Source of the DNA: Spirochaetia bacterium
GTDB taxonomy: Bacteria; Spirochaetota; Spirochaetia; WTKD01; G963693115
Assembly: GCA_965226055.1 (NCBI GenBank)
Contig: CBDDCA010000006.1
Coordinates: 1-64,000 of the forward strand
DNA length: 64,000 bases
Direction: 5' to 3'
Below are positions 51,151 to 62,282 of this stretch, piece by piece. Every line of letters starts with the position of its first letter. The first letter of the stretch is position 1. A program made the translations under genes and the position numbers. Below the pieces are notes generated by a model. The model ran no database searches. It had not been told where the DNA came from and saw nothing but the letters and a program-made list of their open reading frames with translations.

Positions 51151-54100
51151 TTATTGTACCTTGTTCCAGTTCTTTAGTTCAAATATAGTATCGCTAACAG
51201 TATATTTATTTTTTATCTTAAATTGTTTCTTCTCTTTTATTAAATCTACCCAATTATAAAATTCAGTATGATATATTGGCACTGTTCTATCAGGTACTAA
51301 TTGCTTTGCATAATCAATTTTGTCAAAGGCATGTGCATCACTGGGAGGAACATACCTCTCTATGCTATGGTACATCATTGCTGCCGTATCAACATTACTC
51401 ATCAACCTTGTATCTATACTAAACGCATTGTTTTGATTAAAATCTTTTACTAATAACAGAGCATGTACACGGGTAAACACATGTGGATAATCTATCCCTA
51501 ATAACTCAGAGCTTATGTTGTTACTATTCATATAATCACTATAAAAATTACCTCCATGATCAGATACTATAATGATTTTTGTATTATCATATACATTATG
51601 CTCCTGCAACCATGTAAACCACTGTGTGAGTGATTCTATGCTACATCGAAAGGAAAAATAGGCAGAGTTTCCAGTATAGTTATTCTTTACATCTTCATCA
51701 GGAAATTCCTTATTTTGTAACCTACAGTGTTTATCAAGAGCATACGGTTGATGAGTAACAGAATTGTGTATAAATGTAAATGTTCCTGAAATATCCTCCA
51801 TTGAATATGTTTCCCTATCATCTTCTAAACGAGAAGAAGTACTTTGTAAAGAATCAAGCACTGCCCATTCTTTTATTGCATGCCTATATCCAATTTGATT
51901 CTTAAATTCAGAGTCACTCAAATTCCAATTTCCAAGATCATATACCGCATATTTCATCATCACTGGCACTGAGCGTAGTACCCCTGTCAATATCAGCAAT
52001 ACAATATTTCTCTCTGAAAGAGAAATGTCTATTTCTTTCTGCTGTTCTCTATTATTCTGTTTCCAATAACTCACAAAAGAATCATCCCAATAATCAAGAC
52101 AGGCAATATCCTGCTTTTCCAGATCCTTACACTGAGCATACTGTCCCTTATAGTACAAGCTACCAGTCATTCGTATCAGATAATTATATCGCTTAAAGCG
52201 AGAAAACATAGTATCATAGGCTCCCACTACTTTTTCCGCAAGATTGTCCCCTTTAATATCAACAATATTTTCAGGAGTATAGTTCCAGCCTGCCATCATA
52301 GCTGGCACACTTGTACTTGTATAGGCAGAAACACTGAGCGTATTAGGATACCATGTAAATCCTTTTAAGCGTTCTTTTATATTAGGCCTCTCATCTAAGA
52401 CCCGTTGCATATCACCACCATTTGCCATATCAAGCAACACCACCACTATATTTTGCTTTGTAGAAGAAAAAGAAAATAAACGATCAGCAATACGAGGAAC
52501 AGAAACATCTTGTGCATCTCCACTCTCCACTCCTGATGAGGCATCTTGCTTGTATGCCTCCGATATTCGTGCTACCACAGCATCATTTTGCAACCACAGC
52601 CCAAAATCAACCAACATATATGTAAACACTCCATTGACTGCCACTAACACAGTAATTATTATTTTTCTATTGTTACTATTCTTTAAAAAAGAAAATATCC
52701 AAAAACAAAAACATATCAAAGCTATCCCCTCTAATACATATATACTAACACGAGGCGAGAGAGATTGCGGTGACATTAAAATAAAATGATCAAGCCCTCC
52801 TATATCAAAAGGAATAACTAATGCGTATAACAATACTACAGACGATAGCACAAATACAATACAACTCACGTAGTTCTTTACTCTATACGGACAGCATATC
52901 CATATAAGCATAGGAATAACTATACTTGCTATAATATACGGCAACACATATATCAGTACAGCAGTAAACGACACAGATACAGACACAGGATCACTTTTAT
53001 ATATCTCTGCAGGAAGCACTAAAAAAATAAGCAAAGCAACAGCACCACTGCTTGCTAGCAGGATATACCACCACTGTCTTAGCTCTGCTTTCCTTTTAAG
53101 AAAGACAGCAGAGGACTCTGTATATGTATGCGATAAACGATATAACACAGACACCACATAAGGAAACAACACGGCGTTAGGAAAAATAAGAATAGCAAAG
53201 GCACTTAGCTTAAACAGTATAGCATCCCTATCTATCATAAACACTGGAAGCTGAATATAATAATATATCATAGCAGATCCAATGATCATACATGCAACAC
53301 TCCCAAAAAAAATGCTATACTTTACAATAGAAATACTATACACACGAGGAGCATTCTTACTGTTATAGTGTTTAGTATCATGCTGAAACTTTTTCTGTAA
53401 CTTTTCTTTATGTATCTGCTTTCGATAAAAATACAATAAAAGAATACTTTCACTTATCACCATTGCAACGATAGCAATTCCTAACAAAGTATTTGGTACT
53501 TCCCCTCTCAATCTATTTACTAAACGGAGCATATACGCAAGCACTAAATATCCACCAAACAACCACAGAAAGAATACAACCTTTATCACCTTTCTATCGT
53601 TCTCTATAAACATAAGTAATTTCTTTTGTATAATCTGCCAAGCACTCTCTTCTTTGTTTTTATTCTTTTGTAAACGAAGCGATAATATAATATTCTTTAG
53701 CAGTGTAAACACATTATTACAAGTCCAATACAGCACTAATCCCGATGGCATAGCGTACAACAACACAAAAAATACCAATGCCATATTCCATGTTGACATT
53801 AAGGAGTTCGGATCTACTCTTCGCGTGTACACATTTGCTGCCATAATATTTATTGCAGTCATAACAAAAGGAAGCATATTGATACGATAGCGACCAAACG
53901 GAAACAACGCATCTGCTTTTGACAGATCTTCAATAAATAAAAACGAAACTCCTTCCAGTGCAGTAAAATTCCTTAGCATATGATATGCCGCAAAGAAAAA
54001 TGGTATTTGTATAAGCAACGACCCTATAGACCGTAAGCCCAGCACAGGATGATACTTATGTAGCCGATACAAACTTTGTATCATCATAAACCGCTCTTGT

Positions 54101-54324
54101 CCTTGAAAGCTCTGCTTAATTTCATCTAACTTTGCTTGCATGGACTGTCGCTGTAATAATTCCTTTTTTTGTAAGCGTTCTGCCAGCATATACACAGGCA
54201 ACAATAGGAGAGAAATAAAGACACTTAACAGAACAATAGCATATCCATAATTATGCGAAAATTGATACAAGAATAGAAAGATATATTCTAAAAAAGACTC
54301 CAAAGGAGAAAGAAATGATGCCAT
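51151..54324 (-). CDS. YidC/Oxa1::membrane::LtaS/sulfatase-like fusion, copy 3
   Basis: Same architecture; THQPY, SDHG. Confidence 0.85.
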   Translation of the reverse strand: MASFLSPLESFLEYIFLFLYQFSHNYGYAIVLLSVFISLLLLPVYMLAERLQKKELLQRQSMQAKLDEIKQSFQGQERFMMIQSLYRLHKYHPVLGLRSIGSLLIQIPFFFAAYHMLRNFTALEGVSFLFIEDLSKADALFPFGRYRINMLPFVMTAINIMAANVYTRRVDPNSLMSTWNMALVFFVLLYAMPSGLVLYWTCNNVFTLLKNIILSLRLQKNKNKEESAWQIIQKKLLMFIENDRKVIKVVFFLWLFGGYLVLAYMLRLVNRLRGEVPNTLLGIAIVAMVISESILLLYFYRKQIHKEKLQKKFQHDTKHYNSKNAPRVYSISIVKYSIFFGSVACMIIGSAMIYYYIQLPVFMIDRDAILFKLSAFAILIFPNAVLFPYVVSVLYRLSHTYTESSAVFLKRKAELRQWWYILLASSGAVALLIFLVLPAEIYKSDPVSVSVSFTAVLIYVLPYIIASIVIPMLIWICCPYRVKNYVSCIVFVLSSVVLLYALVIPFDIGGLDHFILMSPQSLSPRVSIYVLEGIALICFCFWIFSFLKNSNNRKIIITVLVAVNGVFTYMLVDFGLWLQNDAVVARISEAYKQDASSGVESGDAQDVSVPRIADRLFSFSSTKQNIVVVLLDMANGGDMQRVLDERPNIKERLKGFTWYPNTLSVSAYTSTSVPAMMAGWNYTPENIVDIKGDNLAEKVVGAYDTMFSRFKRYNYLIRMTGSLYYKGQYAQCKDLEKQDIACLDYWDDSFVSYWKQNNREQQKEIDISLSERNIVLLILTGVLRSVPVMMKYAVYDLGNWNLSDSEFKNQIGYRHAIKEWAVLDSLQSTSSRLEDDRETYSMEDISGTFTFIHNSVTHQPYALDKHCRLQNKEFPDEDVKNNYTGNSAYFSFRCSIESLTQWFTWLQEHNVYDNTKIIIVSDHGGNFYSDYMNSNNISSELLGIDYPHVFTRVHALLLVKDFNQNNAFSIDTRLMSNVDTAAMMYHSIERYVPPSDAHAFDKIDYAKQLVPDRTVPIYHTEFYNWVDLIKEKKQFKIKNKYTVSDTIFELKNWNKVQ

Positions 54325-54328
54325 AGTA

Positions 54329-57300
54329 TTATTTTATCCTTTTCCAGTTCTTTAGTTCAAATATAGTATCGCTAACAGTATATTTATTTTTTATCTTAAA
54401 TTGTTTCTTCTCTTTTACAAACCCCACCCAATTATAAAATTCAGTATGATATATTGGCACTGTTCTATCAGGTACTAACTGCTTTGCATAATCAATTTTG
54501 TCAAAGGCATGTGCATCACTGGGAGGAACATATCCCTCTATACTATGGTACATCATTGCTGCCGTATCAACATTACTCATCAATCTTGTATCTATACTAA
54601 ACGCATTGTTTTGATTAAAATCTTTTACTAATAACAGAGCATGTGCACGAGGAAACATATATGAAAAATCTGTCCCTAACAACTCAGAGCTTATGTTGTT
54701 ACTATTCATATAATCTCTATAACCATTACCTCCATGATCAGATACTATAATGATTTTTGTATTATCATACATAGCATGCTCCTGCAACCATGCGAACCAT
54801 TGTGTGAGTGATTCTATGCTACATCGAAAGGAAAAATACGCAGAGTTTCCAGCATAGTTATTTTCTATATTTTCATCAGGAAATTCCTTATTTTGTAACA
54901 CACAGTGTTTATCAAGAGCATAGGGACGATGCGTAATATTATTGTGTATAAATGTAAATGTTCCTGCACTGTCCTCCATTGAGTATGTTTCTCTATCATC
55001 TTCTAAACGAGAAGAAGTACTTCGTAAAGAATCAAGTACTGCCCATGATTTTAATGCATACCTATATCCTTCTTGATTCTTAAATTCAGAGGTATTTATA
55101 TTCCAATTTCCATGATCATATACCGCATATTTCATCATCACGGGCACTGAGCGTAGTACCCCTGTCAATATCAGCAATACAATATTTCTCTCCGAAAAAG
55201 ATACATCTGTCTCTGCCTGTTGTTCTCTATTATTCTGTTTCCAATAACTCACAAAAGAATCATCCCAATAATCAAGACAGGCAATATCCTGCTTTTCCAG
55301 ATCCTTACACTGAGCATTATCTCCTCCGAGGTATGATACACCAGACATTCGCATCAAATAATTATATTGCTTAAAGCGAGAAAACATAGTATCGTATGCT
55401 CCCACTACTTTTTCCGCAAGATTTTCCCCTTTTAATATTACCATATTTTCAGGAGTATAGTTCCACCCTGCTATCATAGCTGATATACTTGCACCCGTAT
55501 AGGTAGAAACACTGAGCGTATTAGGATACCAAGTAAATCCTTTTAAGCGTTCTTTTATATTAGGCCTCTCATCTAAGACCCGTTGCATATCACCACCACT
55601 TGCCATATCAAGCAACACCACCACTATATTTTGCTTTGTAGAAGAAAAAGAAAATAAACGATCGGCAATACGAGGAACAGAAACATCTTGTGTATCTCCA
55701 TTCTCCATTCCCGATGTAGCATCTTGCTTTTGTGCATCTGATACTTGTGCTACCACAGCATCATTTTGCAACCACAGCCCAAAATCAACCAACATATATG
55801 TAAACACTCCATTGACTGCCACTAACACAGTAATTATTATTTTTCTATTGTTACTATTCTTTAAAAAAGAAAATACAAAAAAACAAAAGCATATCAGAGC
55901 TATCCCCTCTAATACATATATACTAGCACGAGGCGAAAGAGATTGCGGTGACATTAAAATAAAATGATCAAGCCCTCCTATATCAAACGGAACAACTAAT
56001 GCGTATAACAATACTACAGACGATAGCACAAACACAATACAACTCACGTAGCTCTTTACTCTATACGGACAGCATATCCATATAAGCATAGGAATAACTA
56101 TACTTGCTATAATATACGGCAACACATATATCAGCACAGCAGTAAACGATACAGATACTGATATAGGATCACTTTTATATATCTCTGCAGGAAGCACTAA
56201 AAAAATAAGCAAAGCAACAGCACCACTGCTTGCTAGCATGATATACCACCACTGTCTTAGCTCTGCTTTCCTTTTAATAAGCATAGTAGGAGTCTTTGCA
56301 TGTATCCCTGTATACTGTAAACGATATAACACATAAGGAAACAGCACTGCGTTAGGAAAAATCGTAATAGCAAAGGCACTTAGCTTCAACAATACAGTGT
56401 CAACATTTATCATGAACACTGGAAGCTGAATATAATAATACATCATAGCAGATCCAATGATCATACATGCAACACTCCCAAAAAAGAGGCTATACTTTAC
56501 AATAGAAGTACTATACACACGAGGAGCATTCTTACTGTTATAATGTTTAGTATCATGCTGAAACTTTTTCTGTAACTTTTCTTTATGTATCTGCTTCCGA
56601 TAAAAATACAATAGAAGAATACTTTCACTTATCACCATCGCAACGATAGCAATTCCTAACAAAGTATTTGGTACTTCCCCTCTCAATCTATTTACTAAAC
56701 GGAACACATACGCAAGTACTAAATATCCACCAAACAACCACAGAAAGAATACAACCTTTATCACCTTTCTATCGTTCTCTATAAATATAAGTAATTTCTT
56801 TTGTATAATCTGCCAAGCACTCTCTTCTTTGTCTTTATTCTTTTGTAAACGAAGCGATAATACAATATTTTTTACGAAGGCAAATATATTATTACAAGTC
56901 CAATACAGCACTAATCCCGATGGCATAGCATATAACAACACAAAAAATATCAATGCCATATTCCATGCTGATACTAAGGATTTTGGATCTACTCTTCGTG
57001 TGTACACATTTGCTGCCATGATATTTATTGCAGTCATAATAAAAGGAAGCATATTGATACGATAGCGACCAAACGGAAACAACGCATCTGCTTTTGAGAG
57101 ATCTTCAATGAATAAAAACGAAACTCCTTCCAGTGCAGTAAAATTCCTTAACATATGATATGCCGCAAAGAAAAATGGTATTTGTATAAGCAACGACCCT
57201 ATAGACCGTAAGCCCAGCACTGGATGATACTTATGTAGCCGATACAAACTTTGTATCATCATAAACCGCTCTTGTCCTTGAAAGCTCCCTTTAATTTCAT

Positions 57301-57499
57301 CTAACTTTGCTTGCATGGACTGTCGCTGTAATAATTCCTTTTTTTGTAAGCGTTCTGCCAGCATATACACAGGCAACAATAGGAGTGAAATAAAGAAACT
57401 TAACAGAACAATAGCATATCCATAATTATGTGAAAGCTGATACAAAAATATAAAGATATATTCTAAAAAAGACTCCAAAGGAGAAAAAAATGATGCCAT
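54329..57499 (-). CDS. YidC/Oxa1::membrane::LtaS/sulfatase-like fusion, copy 2
   Basis: Same architecture; THRPY, SDHG. Confidence 0.85.
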   Translation of the reverse strand: MASFFSPLESFLEYIFIFLYQLSHNYGYAIVLLSFFISLLLLPVYMLAERLQKKELLQRQSMQAKLDEIKGSFQGQERFMMIQSLYRLHKYHPVLGLRSIGSLLIQIPFFFAAYHMLRNFTALEGVSFLFIEDLSKADALFPFGRYRINMLPFIMTAINIMAANVYTRRVDPKSLVSAWNMALIFFVLLYAMPSGLVLYWTCNNIFAFVKNIVLSLRLQKNKDKEESAWQIIQKKLLIFIENDRKVIKVVFFLWLFGGYLVLAYVFRLVNRLRGEVPNTLLGIAIVAMVISESILLLYFYRKQIHKEKLQKKFQHDTKHYNSKNAPRVYSTSIVKYSLFFGSVACMIIGSAMMYYYIQLPVFMINVDTVLLKLSAFAITIFPNAVLFPYVLYRLQYTGIHAKTPTMLIKRKAELRQWWYIMLASSGAVALLIFLVLPAEIYKSDPISVSVSFTAVLIYVLPYIIASIVIPMLIWICCPYRVKSYVSCIVFVLSSVVLLYALVVPFDIGGLDHFILMSPQSLSPRASIYVLEGIALICFCFFVFSFLKNSNNRKIIITVLVAVNGVFTYMLVDFGLWLQNDAVVAQVSDAQKQDATSGMENGDTQDVSVPRIADRLFSFSSTKQNIVVVLLDMASGGDMQRVLDERPNIKERLKGFTWYPNTLSVSTYTGASISAMIAGWNYTPENMVILKGENLAEKVVGAYDTMFSRFKQYNYLMRMSGVSYLGGDNAQCKDLEKQDIACLDYWDDSFVSYWKQNNREQQAETDVSFSERNIVLLILTGVLRSVPVMMKYAVYDHGNWNINTSEFKNQEGYRYALKSWAVLDSLRSTSSRLEDDRETYSMEDSAGTFTFIHNNITHRPYALDKHCVLQNKEFPDENIENNYAGNSAYFSFRCSIESLTQWFAWLQEHAMYDNTKIIIVSDHGGNGYRDYMNSNNISSELLGTDFSYMFPRAHALLLVKDFNQNNAFSIDTRLMSNVDTAAMMYHSIEGYVPPSDAHAFDKIDYAKQLVPDRTVPIYHTEFYNWVGFVKEKKQFKIKNKYTVSDTIFELKNWKRIK

Positions 57500-57503
57500 A
57501 GCA

Positions 57504-60500
57504 TTATTGTACCTTATTCCAGTTCTTTAGTTCAAATATAGTATCGCTAACAGTATATTTATTTTTTATCTTAAATTGTTTCTTCTCTTTTACAAAATCT
57601 ACCCAATTATAAAATTCAGTATGATATATTGGCACTGTTCTATCAGGTACTAATTGCTTTGCATAATCAACTTTGTCAAAGGCATGTGCATCACTGGGAG
57701 GAACATATCCCTCTATGCTATAGTACATCATTGCTGCTGTATCAACATTACTCATCAACCTTGTATCTATACTAAACGCATTGTTTTGATTAAAATCTTT
57801 TACTAATAACAGAGCATGTGCACGGGTAAACATATATGGATAATCTATCCCTAATAACTCAGAGCTTATGTTGTTACTATTCATATAATCTCTATAACCA
57901 TTACCTCCATGATCAGATACTATAATGATTTTTGTATTATCATACATAGCATGCTCCTGCAACCATGCAAACCATTGTGTGAGTGATTCTATGCTACATC
58001 GAAAGGAAAAATACGCAGAGTTTCCAGCATAGTTATTTTCTATATTTTCATCAGGAAATTCCTTATTTTGTAACCTACAGTGTTTATCAAGAGCATAGGG
58101 ACGATGCGTAATATTATTGTGTATAAATGTAAATGTTCCTGCAATATCCTCTGTTGAATATGTTTCCCTACCATCTTCTAAATGAGAAGAAGTACTTCGT
58201 AAAGAATCAAGTACTGCCCATTCTTTTAATGCCCACCTATATCCATCTTGATTCTTAAATTCAGAGGTATTCATATTCCAATTTCCACGATCATATATCA
58301 CATTTTTCATCATCACTGGCACTGAGCGTAGTACCCCCGCCATTATCAACAACGAAATAGTTCTCTCTGAAAAAGATATATCTGTCTCTCTCTGCTGTTC
58401 TCTATTATTTTGTTTCCAATAACTCATAAAAGAATCATCCCAATAATCAAGACAGACAATATCCTGCTTTTCCAGATCTTTACATTGAGCATTATCTCCT
58501 CCATAGTATAATACACCAGTCATTCGTATCAGATAATTATATCGCTTAAAGAGAGAAAACATAGTATCGTATGCTCCCACTACTTTTTCCGCAAGATTTT
58601 CCCCTTTAACATCAATAATATTTTCAGGAGCATAGTTCCAGCCTGCCATCATAGCTAGTTTACTTGCACTCGTATAGGTAGAAACACTGAGCGTATTAGG
58701 ATACCAAGTAAATCCTTTTAAGTGTTCTTTTATACTAGGTCTCTCATCTAATATCCGTTGCATATCACCACCATTTGCCATATCAAGCAACACCACCACT
58801 ATATTTTGCTTTGTAGAAGAGAAAGAAAATAAACGATCAGCAATACGAGGAACAGAAACATCTTGTGTATCTCCATTCTCCATTCCCGATGTAGCATCTT
58901 GCTTTTGTGCATCTGATACTTGTGCTACCACAGCATCATTTTGCAACCACAGCCCAAAATCAACCAACATATATATAAACACTCCATTGACTGCCACTAA
59001 CACAGTAATTATTATTTTTCTATTGTTACTATGTTTCAAAAAAGAAAATATCCAAAAACAAAAACATATCAGAGCTATCCCTTCTAATACATATATACTA
59101 GCACGAGGCGAAAGAGATCTCGGTGACATTAAAATAAAATGATCAAGCCCCCCTATATCAAACGGAACAACTAATGCGTATAACAATACTACAGACGATA
59201 GCACAAACACAATACAACTCACGTAGCTCTTTACTCTATACGGACAGCATATCCATATAAGCATAGGAATAACTATACTTGCTATAATATACGGCAACAC
59301 ATATATCAGCACAGCAGTAAACGATACAGATACTGAGGTAGGATCACTTTTATATATCTCTGCAGGAAGCACTAAAAAAATAAGCAAAGCAACAGCACTA
59401 CTGCTTGCTAGCAGGATATACCACCACTGTCTTACTGCAACTTTCTCTTTAAGAAAAACACCAGACGCCTTTGCCTTTCTATACTGTAAACGATATAACA
59501 CATACACCACATAAGGAAACAGTACTGCGTTAGGAAAAATAAGAATAGCAAAAGATCGTAGCTTAAACCATACAGCATCAATATCTATCATGGACACTGG
59601 AAGTTGAATATAATAATATATCATAACAGATCCAATGATCATACATGCAACACTCCCAAAAAAAATGCTATACTTTACAATAGAAGTACTGTACACATGA
59701 GGAACATTCTTACTGTTATAGTGTTTAGTATCATGCTGAAACTTTTTCTGTAACTTTTCCTTATATATCTGCTTTCGATAAAAATACAATAGAAGAATAC
59801 CTTCACTTATCACCATTGCAACGATAGCAATTCCTAACAAAGTATTTGGCACTTCCCCTCTCAATCTATTTACTAAACGGAGCACATACGCAAGCACTAA
59901 ATATCCACCGAACAACCACAGAAAGAATACAACCTTTATCACCTTTCTATCGTTCTCTATAAACATAAGTAATTTCTTTTGTATAATCTGCCAAGCACTC
60001 TCTTCTTCTTTGTCTTTATTCTTTTGTAAACGAAGCGATAACACAATATTTTTTACGAAGGCAAATATATTATTACAAGTCCAATACAGCACTAATCCTG
60101 ATGGCATAGCGTACAACAACACAAAAAATATCAATGCTATATTCCATGTTGACATTAAGGAGTTTGGATCTACTCTTCGCGTATACACATTTGCTGCCAT
60201 AATATTTATTGCAGTCATAACAAAAGGAAGCACATTGATACGATAGCGACCAAATGGCAGCAACGCATCTGCTTTTGACAGATCTTCAATAAATAAAAAC
60301 GAAACTCCCTCCAGTGCAGTAAAATCCCTCAACATATGATATGCCGCAAAGAAAAATGGTATTTGTATAAGCAACGACCCTATAGAACGCAACCCCATCA
60401 CCGGATGATACTTATGCAGCCGATACAAACTTTGTATCATCATAAACCGCTCTTGTCCTTGAAAGCTCCCTTTAATTTCATCAAGCTTCTTTTTCATAGC

Positions 60501-60689
60501 CTGTTGCTTAAAAAGCTCCTGTTTCTGCAACTTTTCTGCTATCATATACACAGGCAAAAGTATACTATTTACAATGATACTTAACAAAATGATAGAAACT
60601 CCATAGTTATTTGAAATACTATACGAAAAAGTAAAAAGATACTGCAAGAATATTTCAAAAGGAGAAAAAATAGCTGCCATACTACCCAT
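57504..60689 (-). CDS. YidC/Oxa1::membrane::LtaS/sulfatase-like fusion, copy 1 (divergent N-terminus)
   Basis: Same architecture; start may be the ATG at 60680. Confidence 0.85.
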   Translation of the reverse strand: MGSMAAIFSPFEIFLQYLFTFSYSISNNYGVSIILLSIIVNSILLPVYMIAEKLQKQELFKQQAMKKKLDEIKGSFQGQERFMMIQSLYRLHKYHPVMGLRSIGSLLIQIPFFFAAYHMLRDFTALEGVSFLFIEDLSKADALLPFGRYRINVLPFVMTAINIMAANVYTRRVDPNSLMSTWNIALIFFVLLYAMPSGLVLYWTCNNIFAFVKNIVLSLRLQKNKDKEEESAWQIIQKKLLMFIENDRKVIKVVFFLWLFGGYLVLAYVLRLVNRLRGEVPNTLLGIAIVAMVISEGILLLYFYRKQIYKEKLQKKFQHDTKHYNSKNVPHVYSTSIVKYSIFFGSVACMIIGSVMIYYYIQLPVSMIDIDAVWFKLRSFAILIFPNAVLFPYVVYVLYRLQYRKAKASGVFLKEKVAVRQWWYILLASSSAVALLIFLVLPAEIYKSDPTSVSVSFTAVLIYVLPYIIASIVIPMLIWICCPYRVKSYVSCIVFVLSSVVLLYALVVPFDIGGLDHFILMSPRSLSPRASIYVLEGIALICFCFWIFSFLKHSNNRKIIITVLVAVNGVFIYMLVDFGLWLQNDAVVAQVSDAQKQDATSGMENGDTQDVSVPRIADRLFSFSSTKQNIVVVLLDMANGGDMQRILDERPSIKEHLKGFTWYPNTLSVSTYTSASKLAMMAGWNYAPENIIDVKGENLAEKVVGAYDTMFSLFKRYNYLIRMTGVLYYGGDNAQCKDLEKQDIVCLDYWDDSFMSYWKQNNREQQRETDISFSERTISLLIMAGVLRSVPVMMKNVIYDRGNWNMNTSEFKNQDGYRWALKEWAVLDSLRSTSSHLEDGRETYSTEDIAGTFTFIHNNITHRPYALDKHCRLQNKEFPDENIENNYAGNSAYFSFRCSIESLTQWFAWLQEHAMYDNTKIIIVSDHGGNGYRDYMNSNNISSELLGIDYPYMFTRAHALLLVKDFNQNNAFSIDTRLMSNVDTAAMMYYSIEGYVPPSDAHAFDKVDYAKQLVPDRTVPIYHTEFYNWVDFVKEKKQFKIKNKYTVSDTIFELKNWNKVQ

Positions 60690-60756
60690 TATATACCATG
60701 CATTGTATTCTATGCATATTCACTAGAAACAGACAAACAAGAACATGAAATAAATA

Positions 60757-62130
60757 CTACGAATATGAAGCCCGCATTATACGATCGTACAAAGCACTAT
60801 GACAACTATACTGAGGAATACATACAAATAATGCATCAAGCTGCAACCTATCACTAGTAGCAAAATATTCATACAGCCTCTGGGCTAACTCTTGCCAAGA
60901 AGAAAATAAACGTACCATACTGAGAGACGGTATTATACGCGTATCTACAATAGCATTATACAACACTTGATACATATCCTGAGAAATAGGACCTAACACA
61001 AGGCCAATAGTATGATACTGATGTACAAGATCCTTTTGTAAAAACGGAATAATACTATCGTATACTATTTTTTCTACACCTTGTTTCCTGTCTTTTTTTA
61101 TAGAGAATGTATTTGAACATGCACTATTATCATCATTATCAAACACAATAGTATCAAGAGGAATTACTTTTGCATGGGGAGCATAATGACGATACTTTGT
61201 CCCTGGAACCGATGCTATAATAGGAGCAGTATGAATACGAGAAACAGAACTGTCTTCATACATGGTATTTCTTTCTGATAGAGTACTTGTATCTATAGTG
61301 CGTACTTCTTTTGTTTTTTGCTGATGATGTTGCACCATATCTATTACTTGCAACCCTGTCTTTTCATGGATAGTATGTGCGTTAATACTTCCTGCACGAA
61401 CAATACACACACTATTACGGTATATATCTCCATCACTCTGATAGGCATCACTATGATTACCCCTTTCTTTATGCTGAGCATTATGACGCAAGGATATTCC
61501 AATAGAGTCAACAGTACAATCAACAATGGTAGACTCCAATCCAACATCACACTGACCACCGTCCACTATAGCAGAAACTCGACCAGACATCGCTTCCCAT
61601 GCCATAAGAGCATTCGTAGGACTAGGAAACCCTGAGACATTAGCACTCGGAGCAGCTAAAGGCTTTCCAAATGCAGCAATAATATCCTTAAATACAGAAT
61701 GCGCAGGAATACGTAAGGCAACCGTCTGCCCTCCTGCTCTTGCTATCGTACTTACTGCTTGACTAGCAAATGTAATAACACTTATAGGACCAGGAGCAAA
61801 CGCTCTTAAAATTGTCAGTGCCTTATTATAAGTACATGTATACCAATCAATCATCTTTTGCTTATCTTGTACAGATTCCAAATCTTCACTTCCTTGTGTA
61901 TAGTTCCAGCACATATACTGCTGTGCCATCTCTACATCAGAACAATGTACAATCAAAGGATTATCAACAGGACGATTTTTCAATACAAAAATATTTCTAC
62001 ACGCTATATCAGACTCAGCATTCCCTGCAAGCCCATACACAGTCTCAGTAGGAACAACAACAGGTTGATTTTGTTGCAAATAGCGTATTACCCTGCTATA
62101 CTCCTTTGTTTCAATAAGATGTGTTCTCAT
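60757..62130 (-). CDS. sua5: L-threonylcarbamoyladenylate synthase (Sua5 type)
   Basis: PTETVYGL, KNRPVDNPLIVH, AAPSAN, GLESTIVD, PGTKYRHYAP. Confidence 0.93.
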   Translation of the reverse strand: MRTHLIETKEYSRVIRYLQQNQPVVVPTETVYGLAGNAESDIACRNIFVLKNRPVDNPLIVHCSDVEMAQQYMCWNYTQGSEDLESVQDKQKMIDWYTCTYNKALTILRAFAPGPISVITFASQAVSTIARAGGQTVALRIPAHSVFKDIIAAFGKPLAAPSANVSGFPSPTNALMAWEAMSGRVSAIVDGGQCDVGLESTIVDCTVDSIGISLRHNAQHKERGNHSDAYQSDGDIYRNSVCIVRAGSINAHTIHEKTGLQVIDMVQHHQQKTKEVRTIDTSTLSERNTMYEDSSVSRIHTAPIIASVPGTKYRHYAPHAKVIPLDTIVFDNDDNSACSNTFSIKKDRKQGVEKIVYDSIIPFLQKDLVHQYHTIGLVLGPISQDMYQVLYNAIVDTRIIPSLSMVRLFSSWQELAQRLYEYFATSDRLQLDALFVCIPQYSCHSALYDRIMRASYS

Positions 62131-62282
62131 ATATGTATAATAGCACTAACATATACCTTACACCAACCTAATAGTACATATTATGGTATAGGATATTGTT
62201 GCTATAATGTACATTCTTTCTTTCTTGCATCCATCCCGTACAATTATGGTTTTTTTGCTATACTTATTATGGAGGACAGTAT

